From: the human T2T-CHM13v2.0 reference genome, Homo sapiens
Assembly (NCBI RefSeq): GCF_009914755.1
Contig: NC_060948.1
Length of the DNA stretch: 64,000 nucleotides
Direction: 5' to 3' (one strand)
The position numbers and the translations under genes were made by a program. The notes below the pieces were generated by a model. It saw only the letters and a program-made list of their open reading frames with translations, was not told the DNA's origin and searched no databases. Below, piece after piece: positions 1 to 15,000 of the stretch; the first letter of the stretch is position 1, and each line of letters begins with the position of its first letter.

Positions 1-3000
1 TTCTGTGTAGTTTTTATGTGAAGATATTTCCTTTTCCACAACAGGCCTCAAGGTGCTCCAAATATCCACTTGCAGATTTCACTAAAAGTGTGTTTCCAAG
101 CTGCTCAATCAAGAGGAAGTTTCAAGTCTGTGAGGTGAATGCACACATTACAAAGAAGTTACTGAGAATGCTTCTGTGTAGTTTTTATGTGAAGATATTT
201 CCTTTTCCACCACAGGCCTCAAAGCGCTGCAAATATCCACTTGCAGATTCTACAAAAAGAGAGTTTCAAAACTGCTGTATCAAAAGATAGGGTCAACTCT
301 GCGAGTTGAATAAACACATCACAAATAAGTTTCTGGGAACGCTTCTGTATAGTTTTATGTGAATATATTTCCTTTTCCACCATATGCCTCAAAGCACTCC
401 AAATATCCACTTGCACATTATAGAAACATAGTCTTTCAAAACTTGTCAATCAAAGAAAGGTTCAACTCCGTGAGATGAGTGCACACATCACAGAGAAGTT
501 TCTCGGAATGTTTCTGTGTAGTTTTTATGTGAAGATATTGCCTTTTCCACAATAGGCCTCAAAGCGTTCCAAATATCCAATTGCAGATTCCACAAAAAAA
601 GTTTTTTAAAACTGCTCAATCAAATGATAGATTAAACTCTGTGAGATTAGTGCACACATGTCAAAAAAGTTTCTCAGAATGCTTCTGTGTACTTTTTAGG
701 GGAAGATATTTCCTTTTCCACCATCGGCCACAAAGGACTCCAAATAACCACATGCAGATTCTAGTAACACAGAGTTTCAAAACTGCTCTATCAAAAGATA
801 AGTTCAACTCTGAGAGTTTAGTGCAACCATCGTGAAGAAGTTTCTCAGAATGCTTCTGAGTAGTGTTTATGTGAAGATATTTCCTTTTCCACCATAGGCC
901 TGAAAGCCCTCCAAATATCCACTTGCAGATCCTACAAAAAGAAAGTTTCGAAATGCTCTCTCAAACGATAGTTTCGACTCTGTGGTATGAATACACACAT
1001 CACAAAGAAGTTTCTCAGAATGCTTCTGTGTAGTTTTTAAATGAAGATATTTCTTTTTCCACCATAGGCCTCAAAGCACTCCAAATATGCACTTCCAGAT
1101 TCTACAAAAAGAGTGTTTCAGAACTGCTCAATCAAAAGGAAGGTTCCAGTCTGAGACAAATACACACATCAAAAGGTAGTTTCTCAGAATGCTTCTGTGT
1201 AGTTTTTATGTGAAGATATTTTCCTTTCCACCATAGGCCACAAATGGCTCTAAATACCCACTTACATTTTCCACAAAAAGAGAGTTTCAAAACTGCTCTA
1301 CCAAAGGTAAGTTTAACGCTGTGAGTTAAGAACATCACAAAGAAGTTTCTCAGAATGCTTCTGTGTAGTTCTTACGTAAAGATATTTCCTTTTACACAAT
1401 AGGCAGAAAAGTGCTCCAAATATCCACTTGAAGATTCTACAAAAACCGTGTTTCAAAACTGCCGAATCAAAAGAAAGGTTCAACTCTGTGAGATGAATGC
1501 ACACATAACAAAGGAGTTTCTCAGAATGCTTCTGTGTAGCTTTTATATGAAGACATTTAGTTTTCCACAACAGGCCTCAAAGCTCTCTCCATATCCACTT
1601 GCAGATTCTACCGAAAGAGTGCTTCCAAACTGCTCAATCAAAAGAGACATTCAAATCTGTGAGGTGAATGCAGACATCGTAAAGAAGTTTCTCAGAATGC
1701 TTCTGTGTATTTTTTGTGTGAAGTTATTCGTTTTTGCACCATAGGCCTCCAAGCGTTCTAAATATCCACTTCTAGATTCTACAAAAAGAGAGTTTCAAAA
1801 CTACTCAAACAAAAGGTTCAATTCTGTGAGTTGAAAGCAAACATCACAAAGAAGTTTCTCAGAATGCGTCTGTGTAGTTTTGATGTGAAGATATTTCCTT
1901 TTCACAGTAGAATGCAAAGGGCTCCAAATATCCACTTGGAGATTCTACAAAAAGAGTTTCAAAACCGCTCTGTCAAATGATAGGTTGAACTCCCGGAGGT
2001 GAATACACACATCACAAAGAGGTTTCTCAGCATGCTTCTGTGTAGTTTTTATGTAAACATATTTCCGTTTCTATCATAGGCCTCAAAGTGCTCCAAATAT
2101 TCACTTGTACATTCTACCAAACGAGTATTTCAAAACTGCTCAATCAAATGGAAGGTTCAAAACCGTGACATGAATGCCCACATCACAAAGTAGTTTCTCA
2201 GAATGCTTCTGTGTAGTTTTTATGTGAAGATATTTCCTTTTCCACAACAGCGTGCAAAACGCTTCAAATATGCCCTTAGAGATTCCACAAAAAGAGTGTT
2301 TCCAAACTACTCAAATCAAAAAATGATTTCAACTCTGTGAGATGAATGCACACATCACAAACTAGTTTCTCAGAATGTTTCTGCCTGGTTCTCATGCGAA
2401 GATAGTTCCTTTTTCACCATAGGCCGCAATGTACTCCAAATATCCACCTGCAGATTCTACAAAAGTGAGTTTCAAAACTGCTCTATCAAAAGATCAGTTC
2501 GTCTCTGTGAGTTGAATGCATACATCAAAAAGAAGCTTCTCAAAATGCTTCTGTGTGGTTTTTCGGTGAAGATAGTTCTTTTTCTACCATAGGTCTCAAA
2601 CCACTCCAAATATCCACTTGTAGATTCTATAAAAAGGAATGTTCAAAATTGCTCAATAAAAATAAAGTTTCAACACCGTGAGATGAGTGCACAAATCACA
2701 AAGAAGTTTCTCAAAATGCTTCTGGGTAGTTTTTCTGTGAAGATAGTTCCTTTTCTACCATGGGCCACAAAGGGCTCCAAATACCCACTTGCAGATTCTA
2801 CAAAAAGAGAGTTTCACAACTGCTCTATCAAACAATATGTTCAACTTTGTGGGTTGAACACAAATATCACAAGAATTTTCTCCCAATGCTTCTGTGTAGT
2901 TTTTATGTGAAGACATTTCTTTTCCCTCCATAGTCCACAAAGTGCTCCAAATATCCACTTACATATTCTAGAAAAAGATTGCTTGGAAACTGCACAATGA

Positions 3001-6000
3001 AAAGAAAGGTTCAAATATATGAGATGAATGCACACATCACAAAGAAGTTTCTCAGAATCTCTCTGTGTAATTTTTATGTGAAGATATTTCCTTTCCCACC
3101 TTAGGTCTTAAAACGCTCCAAATATCCACTTGCAGATACTACAAGAAGATTGTTTCAAAACTGCACAAAAAAAGAAATGTTCAATTCTGTTTGATGAATG
3201 CACACATCACAAAGAAGTTTCTCAGAATGCTTCTCTGTAGTTTTTATGTGAAGATATTTCCTTTTCCACAATAGGCCTCAAAGGGCTCCAAATATCCACT
3301 TCCAGATTCTATGAAAAGAATATTTCCAAACTGCTCAATCATAGGAAATGTTCAACTCTGTGAGATGAATGCACACATCACAAGAAATTTCTCAGAATCC
3401 TTCAGTGTAGGTTTTATGAGAAGATAATTCCTTTTCCACAATAGTTCTCAAAGCACTCAAAATATCCACTTGCAGATTCTACAAAAGGAGTATTTCAAAA
3501 CTGCTCAATCAAAAGAAAGTTTCAACTCTGTGAGATGAATGGACACATCACAAAGAAGTTTCTCAGAATGCTTCTGTGTAGTATTTTTGTGAAGATATTT
3601 CTTTTCCACCATAGACCGCCAGGGGACACAAATATCCACTTTCAGATTCTACAACAAGAGAGGTTCAAAACTACTCGATCAAGAGATGGTTTCAACTATG
3701 TGAGTTGAATGCACACATCACAAAGAACTATGTCGGAATTCTTCTGTGTAGTTTTTATGTGAAGATATTTCCTTTTCCACAATAGACGTCAAAGTGATCC
3801 AGATATCCACTTGCAGATTCCACAAAAAGAGTGTTTCAAAAGTGCACAACCAAAAGAAAGGTTCAACTAGGTGAGATGAATGCACACATCAGAAGGAAGT
3901 TTCTCAGAATGCTTCTGCATAGCTTTTAAGGGAAGATACTTCCTTTTCCAACATAGGCCTCAAAGCACTCCAAATATCCTCCTGGAGATACCACAAAAAG
4001 AGTGTTTGCAAACTGCTCAATCAAAAGAAAGATTTAACTCTGTGAGATGAATCCACACATGACAAAGAAGTTTCTCAGAATGCTTCTGTGTAGTTTTTAT
4101 GTGAAGATATTTCCTTTTCCACAATAAGACCCAAAAGGCTCCAAATATTCACTTGCAGATTCTAAAAAAAACAGTGTTTCAAAACTGCTCAATCAAAAGA
4201 TAGTTCAACTCTGTGAGAAGAATGCTCACATCACTGAGAAGTTTCTCAGAATGCTTCTGTGTAGTTTTTATATGAAGATATTTCCTTTCCCACCGTAGGC
4301 CACAAAAGGCTCCAAATATCCACTTGCAGATACTATGAAAAGAGAGTTTCAAAACTGCTCATTCAAAAGATAGGTTCAACTCTGTGGTTTGAATGCACAC
4401 AGCACAAAGAAGTTTCACAGAATGTGTCTGTGTAGTTTTTATGTGCGGATGTTTCCTTTTCCACCATATGCCTAAATATTTCCCAATTTCCACTTGCAGA
4501 TTCCACAAGAAGAGTGTTTCAAAACTGCTGTATCAAATAAAGTTGAACTCTGTGAGGTGAATGCACACAGCACAAAATGGTTTCTCAGAATGCTTCCTTG
4601 TTGTTTTTATATGAAGATGTTTCCTTTTCAACAATAGGCCTCAAAGTGCTTCAAATGTCCACTTGCAGATTCTACAAAAAGAGTGTTTCAAAACTGCTCA
4701 ATCAAAAGAAAGGTTCGACTCTGGGAAATTAATGCACACATCACAAAGAAGTTTCTCAGCTTCTGTGTAGTTTTCATGTGAAGTTATTTCCTTTTCCACA
4801 ATAGGCCGCAAAGGGCTCCAAATATCAACTTACAGATTCTAGGAAAAGAGAGTTTCAAAACTGCTCTACGAAAAGATAGGTTGAACTCTGTGAGATGAAT
4901 GCACACATCACAAAGAAGTTTCTCAGAATGCATCTGTGTAGTTTTTACGGGAAGACATTTCCTTTTCCACCATCTTCCACAAAGGTCTCCAAGTAACCAC
5001 TTGCAGATTCTACAGAAAGACACTTTAAAAACTGCTCTATCAAAAGATCAGTTCAAGTCTGTGGTTTGAATGCACACATCACAAAGAATTTTCTCAGAAT
5101 GCTTCTGTGTAGTTTTCATATGAAGATATTTCCTTTTCCACCATAGGCCTCAAAGCACTCCAAATATCCACTTGCAGATTCTACAAAAAGAGATTTTCAA
5201 AACTAGTCAATCAAAAGAAAGGTTCAACTCTGTCAGTTGAATGCACATATCACAAACAAGTTTCTCGGAATGCGTCTGTGTAGTTTTTATGTGAAGATAT
5301 TTCCTTCTCCACAACAGGCCTCAAAGTGCTCCGAATATCCACTTGCAGATTTTACTAAAGAGTGTTTCCAAACTGCTCAATCAAGAGGAAGTTTCAAGTC
5401 TGTGAGCTGAACGCACACATCACAAAGTAGTTTCTGAGAATGCTTCTGTGTAGTTTTTATGTGAAGATGTTTCCTTTTCCACCATAGGCTGCAAAGGGCT
5501 CCAAATATCCACTTGCAGATTCTACAAAAAGAGAGTTTCAAAAGTGCTCTATCAAAAGATAGGTTCAACTATGTGATATGAATGCACACATCACAAAGTA
5601 GTTTCTCAGAATGCTTCTGTGTAGTTTTTATGTAAAGATATTTCCTTTTCCACCATAGGCCTCAAAGCACTCCAAATATCCACTTGCAGATTCTACAAAA
5701 AGAGATTTTCAAAACTATTTAATCAAAAGAAAGGTTCAAATCTGTCAGTTGAAGGTACATATCACAAACAAGTTTATTGGAATGCTTCTGTGTAGTTTTT
5801 ATGTGAAGATATTTCCTTTTCCACAACAGGCCTCCAGGTGCTCCAAATATCCACTTGCAGATTTCACTAAAAGTGTGTTTCCAAGCTGCTCAATCAAGAG
5901 GAAGTTTCAAGTCTGTGAGGTGAATGCACACATTACAAAGAAGTTACTGAGAATGCTTCTGTGTAGTTTTTATGTGAAGATATTTCCTTTTCCACCGCAG

Positions 6001-9000
6001 GCCTCAAAGCGCTGCAAATATCCACTTGCAGATTCTACAAAAAGAGAGTTTCAAAACTGCTGTATCAAAAGATAGGGTCAACTCTGCGAGTTGAATAAAC
6101 ACATCACAAATAAGTTTCTGGGAACGCTTCTGTATAGTTTTATGTGAATATATTTCCTTTTCCACCATATGCCTCAAAGCACTCCAAATATCCACTTGCA
6201 CATTATAGAAACATAGTCTTTCAAAACTTGTCAATCAAAGAAAGGTTCAACTCCGTGAGATGAGTGCACACATCACAGAGAAGTTTCTCGGAATGTTTCT
6301 GTGTAGTTTTTATGTGAAGATATTGCCTTTTCCACAATAGGCCTCAAAGCGTTCCAAATATCCAATTGCAGATTCCACAAAAAAAGTTTTTTAAAACTGC
6401 TCAATCAAATGATAGATTAAACTCTGTGAGATTAGTGCACACATGTCAAAAAAGTTTCTCAGAATGCTTCTGTGTACTTTTTAGGGGAAGATATTTCCTT
6501 TTCCACCATCGGCCACAAAGGACTCCAAATAACCACATGCAGATTCTAGTAACACAGAGTTTCAAAACTGCTCTATCAAAAGATAAGTTCAACTCTGAGA
6601 GTTTAGTGCAACCATCGTGAAGAAGTTTCTCAGAATGCTTCTGAGTAGTGTTTATGTGAAGATATTTCCTTTTCCACCATAGGCCTGAAAGCCCTCCAAA
6701 TATCCACTTGCAGATCCTACAAAAAGAAAGTTTCGAAATGCTCTCTCAAACGATAGTTTCGACTCTGTGGTATGAATACACACATCACAAAGAAGTTTCT
6801 CAGAATGCTTCTGTGTAGTTTTTAAATGAAGATATTTCTTTTTCCACCATAGGCCTCAAAGCACTCCAAATATGCACTTCCAGATTCTACAAAAAGAGTG
6901 TTTCAGAACTGCTCAATCAAAAGGAAGGTTCCAGTCTGAGACAAATACACACATCAAAAGGTAGTTTCTCAGAATGCTTCTGTGTAGTTTTTATGTGAAG
7001 ATATTTTCCTTTCCACCATAGGCCACAAATGGCTCTAAATACCCACTTACATTTTCCACAAAAAGAGAGTTTCAAAACTGCTCTACCAAAGGTAAGTTTA
7101 ACGCTGTGAGTTAAGAACATCACAAAGAAGTTTCTCAGAATGCTTCTGTGTAGTTCTTACGTAAAGATATTTCCTTTTACACAATAGGCAGAAAAGTGCT
7201 CCAAATATCCACTTGAAGATTCTACAAAAACCGTGTTTCAAAACTGCCGAATCAAAAGAAAGGTTCAACTCTGTGAGATGAATGCACACATAACAAAGGA
7301 GTTTCTCAGAATGCTTCTGTGTAGCTTTTATATGAAGACATTTAGTTTTCCACAACAGGCCTCAAAGCTCTCTCCATATCCACTTGCAGATTCTACCGAA
7401 AGAGTGCTTCCAAACTGCTCAATCAAAAGAGACATTCAAATCTGTGAGGTGAATGCAGACATCGTAAAGAAGTTTCTCAGAATGCTTCTGTGTATTTTTT
7501 GTGTGAAGTTATTCGTTTTTGCACCATAGGCCTCCAAGCGTTCTAAATATCCACTTCTAGATTCTACAAAAAGAGAGTTTCAAAACTACTCAAACAAAAG
7601 GTTCAATTCTGTGAGTTGAAAGCAAACATCACAAAGAAGTTTCTCAGAATGCGTCTGTGTAGTTTTTATGTGAAGATATTTCCTTTTCACAGTAGAATGC
7701 AAAGGGCTCCAAATATCCACTTGGAGATTCTACAAAAAGAGTTTCAAAACCGCTCTGTCAAATGATAGGTTGAACTCCCGGAGGTGAATACACACATCAC
7801 AAAGAGGTTTCTCAGCATGCTTCTGTGTAGTTTTTATGTAAACATATTTCCGTTTCTATCATAGGCCTCAAAGTGCTCCAAATATTCACTTGTACATTCT
7901 ACCAAACGAGTATTTCAAAACTGCTCAATCAAATGGAAGGTTCAAAACCGTGACATGAATGCCCACATCACAAAGTAGTTTCTCAGAATGCTTCTGTGTA
8001 GTTTTTATGTGAAGATATTTCCTTTTCCACAACAGCGTGCAAAACGCTTCAAATATGCCCTTAGAGATTCCACAAAAAGAGTGTTTCCAAACTACTCAAA
8101 TCAAAAAATGATTTCAACTCTGTGAGATGAATGCACACATCACAAACTAGTTTCTCAGAATGTTTCTGCCTGGTTCTCATGCGAAGATAGTTCCTTTTTC
8201 ACCATAGGCCGCAATGTACTCCAAATATCCACCTGCAGATTCTACAAAAGTGAGTTTCAAAACTGCTCTATCAAAAGATCAGTTCGTCTCTGTGAGTTGA
8301 ATGCATACATCAAAAAGAAGCTTCTCAAAATGCTTCTGTGTGGTTTTTCGGTGAAGATAGTTCTTTTTCTACCATAGGTCTCAAACCACTCCAAATATCC
8401 ACTTGTAGATTCTATAAAAAGGAATGTTCAAAATTGCTCAATAAAAATAAAGTTTCAACACCGTGAGATGAGTGCACAAATCACAAAGAAGTTTCTCAAA
8501 ATGCTTCTGGGTAGTTTTTCTGTGAAGATAGTTCCTTTTCTACCATGGGCCACAAAGGGCTCCAAATACCCACTTGCAGATTCTACAAAAAGAGAGTTTC
8601 ACAACTGCTCTATCAAACAATATGTTCAACTTTGTGGGTTGAACACAAATATCACAAGAATTTTCTCCCAATGCTTCTGTGTAGTTTTTATGTGAAGACA
8701 TTTCTTTTCCCTCCATAGTCCACAAAGTGCTCCAAATATCCACTTACATATTCTAGAAAAAGATTGCTTGGAAACTGCACAATGAAAAGAAAGGTTCAAA
8801 TATATGAGATGAATGCACACATCACAAAGAAGTTTCTCAGAATCTCTCTGTGTAATTTTTATGTGAAGATATTTCCTTTCCCACCTTAGGTCTTAAAACG
8901 CTCCAAATATCCACTTGCAGATACTACAAGAAGATTGTTTCAAAACTGCACAAAAAAAGAAATGTTCAATTCTGTTTGATGAATGCACACATCACAAAGA

Positions 9001-12000
9001 AGTTTCTCAGAATGCTTCTCTGTAGTTTTTATGTGAAGATATTTCCTTTTCCACAATAGGCCTCAAAGGGCTCCAAATATCCACTTCCAGATTCTATGAA
9101 AAGAATATTTCCAAACTGCTCAATCATAGGAAATGTTCAACTCTGTGAGATGAATGCACACATCACAAGAAATTTCTCAGAATCCTTCAGTGTAGGTTTT
9201 ATGAGAAGATAATTCCTTTTCCACAATAGTTCTCAAAGCACTCAAAATATCCACTTGCAGATTCTACAAAAGGAGTATTTCAAAACTGCTCAATCAAAAG
9301 AAAGTTTCAACTCTGTGAGATGAATGGACACATCACAAAGAAGTTTCTCAGAATGCTTCTGTGTAGTATTTTTGTGAAGATATTTCTTTTCCACCATAGA
9401 CCGCCAGGGGACACAAATATCCACTTTCAGATTCTACAACAAGAGAGGTTCAAAACTACTCGATCAAGAGATGGTTTCAACTATGTGAGTTGAATGCACA
9501 CATCACAAAGAACTATGTCGGAATTCTTCTGTGTAGTTTTTATGTGAAGATATTTCCTTTTCCACAATAGACGTCAAAGTGATCCAGATATCCACTTGCA
9601 GATTCCACAAAAAGAGTGTTTCAAAAGTGCACAACCAAAAGAAAGGTTCAACTAGGTGAGATGAATGCACACATCAGAAGGAAGTTTCTCAGAATGCTTC
9701 TGCATAGCTTTTAAGGGAAGATACTTCCTTTTCCAACATAGGCCTCAAAGCACTCCAAATATCCTCCTGGAGATACCACAAAAAGAGTGTTTGCAAACTG
9801 CTCAATCAAAAGAAAGATTTAACTCTGTGAGATGAATCCACACATGACAAAGAAGTTTCTCAGAATGCTTCTGTGTAGTTTTTATGTGAAGATATTTCCT
9901 TTTCCACAATAAGACCCAAAAGGCTCCAAATATTCACTTGCAGATTCTAAAAAAAACAGTGTTTCAAAACTGCTCAATCAAAAGATAGTTCAACTCTGTG
10001 AGAAGAATGCTCACATCACTGAGAAGTTTCTCAGAATGCTTCTGTGTAGTTTTTATATGAAGATATTTCCTTTCCCACCGTAGGCCACAAAAGGCTCCAA
10101 ATATCCACTTGCAGATACTATGAAAAGAGAGTTTCAAAACTGCTCATTCAAAAGATAGGTTCAACTCTGTGGTTTGAATGCACACAGCACAAAGAAGTTT
10201 CACAGAATGTGTCTGTGTAGTTTTTATGTGCGGATGTTTCCTTTTCCACCATATGCCTAAATATTTCCCAATTTCCACTTGCAGATTCCACAAGAAGAGT
10301 GTTTCAAAACTGCTGTATCAAATAAAGTTGAACTCTGTGAGGTGAATGCACACAGCACAAAATGGTTTCTCAGAATGCTTCCTTGTTGTTTTTATATGAA
10401 GATGTTTCCTTTTCAACAATAGGCCTCAAAGTGCTTCAAATGTCCACTTGCAGATTCTACAAAAAGAGTGTTTCAAAACTGCTCAATCAAAAGAAAGGTT
10501 CGACTCTGGGAAATTAATGCACACATCACAAAGAAGTTTCTCAGCTTCTGTGTAGTTTTCATGTGAAGTTATTTCCTTTTCCACAATAGGCCGCAAAGGG
10601 CTCCAAATATCAACTTACAGATTCTAGGAAAAGAGAGTTTCAAAACTGCTCTACGAAAAGATAGGTTGAACTCTGTGAGATGAATGCACACATCACAAAG
10701 AAGTTTCTCAGAATGCATCTGTGTAGTTTTTACGGGAAGACATTTCCTTTTCCACCATCTTCCACAAAGGTCTCCAAGTAACCACTTGCAGATTCTACAG
10801 AAAGACACTTTAAAAACTGCTCTATCAAAAGATCAGTTCAAGTCTGTGGTTTGAATGCACACATCACAAAGAATTTTCTCAGAATGCTTCTGTGTAGTTT
10901 TCATATGAAGATATTTCCTTTTCCACCATAGGCCTCAAAGCACTCCAAATATCCACTTGCAGATTCTACAAAAAGAGATTTTCAAAACTAGTCAATCAAA
11001 AGAAAGGTTCAACTCTGTCAGTTGAATGCACATATCACAAACAAGTTTCTCGGAATGCGTCTGTGTAGTTTTTATGTGAAGATATTTCCTTCTCCACAAC
11101 AGGCCTCAAAGTGCTCCGAATATCCACTTGCAGATTTTACTAAAGAGTGTTTCCAAACTGCTCAATCAAGAGGAAGTTTCAAGTCTGTGAGCTGAACGCA
11201 CACATCACAAAGTAGTTTCTGAGAATGCTTCTGTGTAGTTTTTATGTGAAGATGTTTCCTTTTCCACCATAGGCTGCAAAGGGCTCCAAATATCCACTTG
11301 CAGATTCTACAAAAAGAGAGTTTCAAAAGTGCTCTATCAAAAGATAGGTTCAACTATGTGATATGAATGCACACATCACAAAGTAGTTTCTCAGAATGCT
11401 TCTGTGTAGTTTTTATGTAAAGATATTTCCTTTTCCACCATAGGCCTCAAAGCACTCCAAATATCCACTTGCAGATTCTACAAAAAGAGATTTTCAAAAC
11501 TATTTAATCAAAAGAAAGGTTCAAATCTGTCAGTTGAAGGTACATATCACAAACAAGTTTATTGGAATGCTTCTGTGTAGTTTTTATGTGAAGATATTTC
11601 CTTTTCCACAACAGGCCTCAAGGTGCTCCAAATATCCACTTGCAGATTTCACTAAAAGTGTGTTTCCAAGCTGCTCAATCAAGAGGAAGTTTCAAGTCTG
11701 TGAGGTGAATGCACACATTACAAAGAAGTTACTGAGAATGCTTCTGTGTAGTTTTTATGTGAAGATATTTCCTTTTCCACCGCAGGCCTCAAAGCGCTGC
11801 AAATATCCACTTGCAGATTCTACAAAAAGAGAGTTTCAAAACTGCTGTATCAAAAGATAGGGTCAACTCTGCGAGTTGAATAAACACATCACAAATAAGT
11901 TTCTGGGAACGCTTCTGTATAGTTTTATGTGAATATATTTCCTTTTCCACCATATGCCTCAAAGCACTCCAAATATCCACTTGCACATTATAGAAACATA

Positions 12001-15000
12001 GTCTTTCAAAACTTGTCAATCAAAGAAAGGTTCAACTCCGTGAGATGAGTGCACACATCACAGAGAAGTTTCTCGGAATGTTTCTGTGTAGTTTTTATGT
12101 GAAGATATTGCCTTTTCCACAATAGGCCCCAAAGCGTTCCAAATGTCCAATTGCAGATTCCACAAAAAAAGTTTTTTAAAACTGCTCAATCAAATGATAG
12201 ATTAAACTCTGTGAGATTAGTGCACACATGTCAAAAAAGTTTCTCAGAATGCTTCTGTGTACTTTTTAGGGGAAGATATTTCCTTTTCCACCATCGGCCA
12301 CAAAGGACTCCAAATAACCACATGCAGATTCTAGTAACACAGAGTTTCAAAACTGCTCTATCAAAAGATAAGTTCAACTCTGAGAGTTTAGTGCAACCAT
12401 CGTGAAGAAGTTTCTCAGAATGCTTCTGAGTAGTGTTTATGTGAAGATATTTCCTTTTCCACCATAGGCCTGAAAGCCCTCCAAATATCCACTTGCAGAT
12501 CCTACAAAAAGAAAGTTTCGAAATGCTCTCTCAAACGATAGTTTCGACTCTGTGGTATGAATACACACATCACAAAGAAGTTTCTCAGAATGCTTCTGTG
12601 TAGTTTTTAAATGAAGATATTTCTTTTTCCACCATAGGCCTCAAAGCACTCCAAATATGCACTTCCAGATTCTACAAAAAGAGTGTTTCAGAACTGCTCA
12701 ATCAAAAGGAAGGTTCCAGTCTGAGACAAATACACACATCAAAAGGTAGTTTCTCAGAATGCTTCTGTGTAGTTTTTATGTGAAGATATTTTCCTTTCCA
12801 CCATAGGCCACAAATGGCTCTAAATACCCACTTACATTTTCCACAAAAAGAGAGTTTCAAAACTGCTCTACCAAAGGTAAGTTTAACGCTGTGAGTTAAG
12901 AACATCACAAAGAAGTTTCTCAGAATGCTTCTGTGTAGTTCTTACGTAAAGATATTTCCTTTTACACAATAGGCAGAAAAGTGCTCCAAATATCCACTTG
13001 AAGATTCTACAAAAACCGTGTTTCAAAACTGCCGAATCAAAAGAAAGGTTCAACTCTGTGAGATGAATGCACACATAACAAAGGAGTTTCTCAGAATGCT
13101 TCTGTGTAGCTTTTATATGAAGACATTTAGTTTTCCACAACAGGCCTCAAAGCTCTCTCCATATCCACTTGCAGATTCTACCGAAAGAGTGCTTCCAAAC
13201 TGCTCAATCAAAAGAGACATTCAAATCTGTGAGGTGAATGCAGACATCGTAAAGAAGTTTCTCAGAATGCTTCTGTGTATTTTTTGTGTGAAGTTATTCG
13301 TTTTTGCACCATAGGCCTCCAAGCGTTCTAAATATCCACTTCTAGATTCTACAAAAAGAGAGTTTCAAAACTACTCAAACAAAAGGTTCAATTCTGTGAG
13401 TTGAAAGCAAACATCACAAAGAAGTTTCTCAGAATGCGTCTGTGTAGTTTTTATGTGAAGATATTTCCTTTTCACAATAGAATGCAAAGGGCTCCAAATA
13501 TCCACTTGGAGATTCTACAAAAAGAGTTTCAAAACCGCTCTGTCAAATGATAGGTTGAACTCCCGGAGGTGAATACACACATCACAAAGAGGTTTCTCAG
13601 CATGCTTCTGTGTAGTTTTTATGTAAACATATTTCCGTTTCTATCATAGGCCTCAAAGTGCTCCAAATATTCACTTGTACATTCTACCAAACGAGTATTT
13701 CAAAACTGCTCAATCAAATGGAAGGTTCAAAACTGTGACATGAATGCCCACATCACAAAGTAGTTTCTCAGAATGCTTCTGTGTAGTTTTTATGTGAAGA
13801 TATTTCCTTTTCCACAACAGCGTGCAAAACGCTTCAAATATGCCCTTAGAGATTCCACAAAAAGAGTGTTTCCAAACTACTCAAATCAAAAAATGATTTC
13901 AACTCTGTGAGATGAATGCACACATCACAAACTAGTTTCTCAGAATGTTTCTGCCTGGTTCTCATGCGAAGATAGTTCCTTTTTCACCATAGGCCGCAAT
14001 GTACTCCAAATATCCACCTGCAGATTCTACAAAAGTGAGTTTCAAAACTGCTCTATCAAAAGATCAGTTCGTCTCTGTGAGTTGAATGCATACATCAAAA
14101 AGAAGCTTCTCAAAATGCTTCTGTGTGGTTTTTCGGTGAAGATAGTTCTTTTTCTACCATAGGTCTCAAACCACTCCAAATATCCACTTGTAGATTCTAT
14201 AAAAAGGAATGTTCAAAATTGCTCAATAAAAATAAAGTTTCAACACCGTGAGATGAGTGCACAAATCACAAAGAAGTTTCTCAAAATGCTTCTGGGTAGT
14301 TTTTCTGTGAAGATAGTTCCTTTTCTACCATGGGCCACAAAGGGCTCCAAATACCCACTTGCAGATTCTACAAAAAGAGAGTTTCACAACTGCTCTATCA
14401 AACAATATGTTCAACTTTGTGGGTTGAACACAAATATCACAAGAATTTTCTCCCAATGCTTCTGTGTAGTTTTTATGTGAAGACATTTCTTTTCCCTCCA
14501 TAGTCCACAAAGTGCTCCAAATATCCACTTACATATTCTAGAAAAAGATTGCTTGGAAACTGCACAATGAAAAGAAAGGTTCAAATATATGAGATGAATG
14601 CACACATCACAAAGAAGTTTCTCAGAATCTCTCTGTGTAATTTTTATGTGAAGATATTTCCTTTCCCACCTTAGGTCTTAAAACGCTCCAAATATCCACT
14701 TGCAGATACTACAAGAAGATTGTTTCAAAACTGCACAAAAAAAGAAATGTTCAATTCTGTTTGATGAATGCACACATCACAAAGAAGTTTCTCAGAATGC
14801 TTCTCTGTAGTTTTTATGTGAAGATATTTCCTTTTCCACAATAGGCCTCAAAGGGCTCCAAATATCCACTTCCAGATTCTATGAAAAGAATATTTCCAAA
14901 CTGCTCAATCATAGGAAATGTTCAACTCTGTGAGATGAATGCACACATCACAAGAAATTTCTCAGAATCCTTCAGTGTAGGTTTTATGAGAAGATAATTC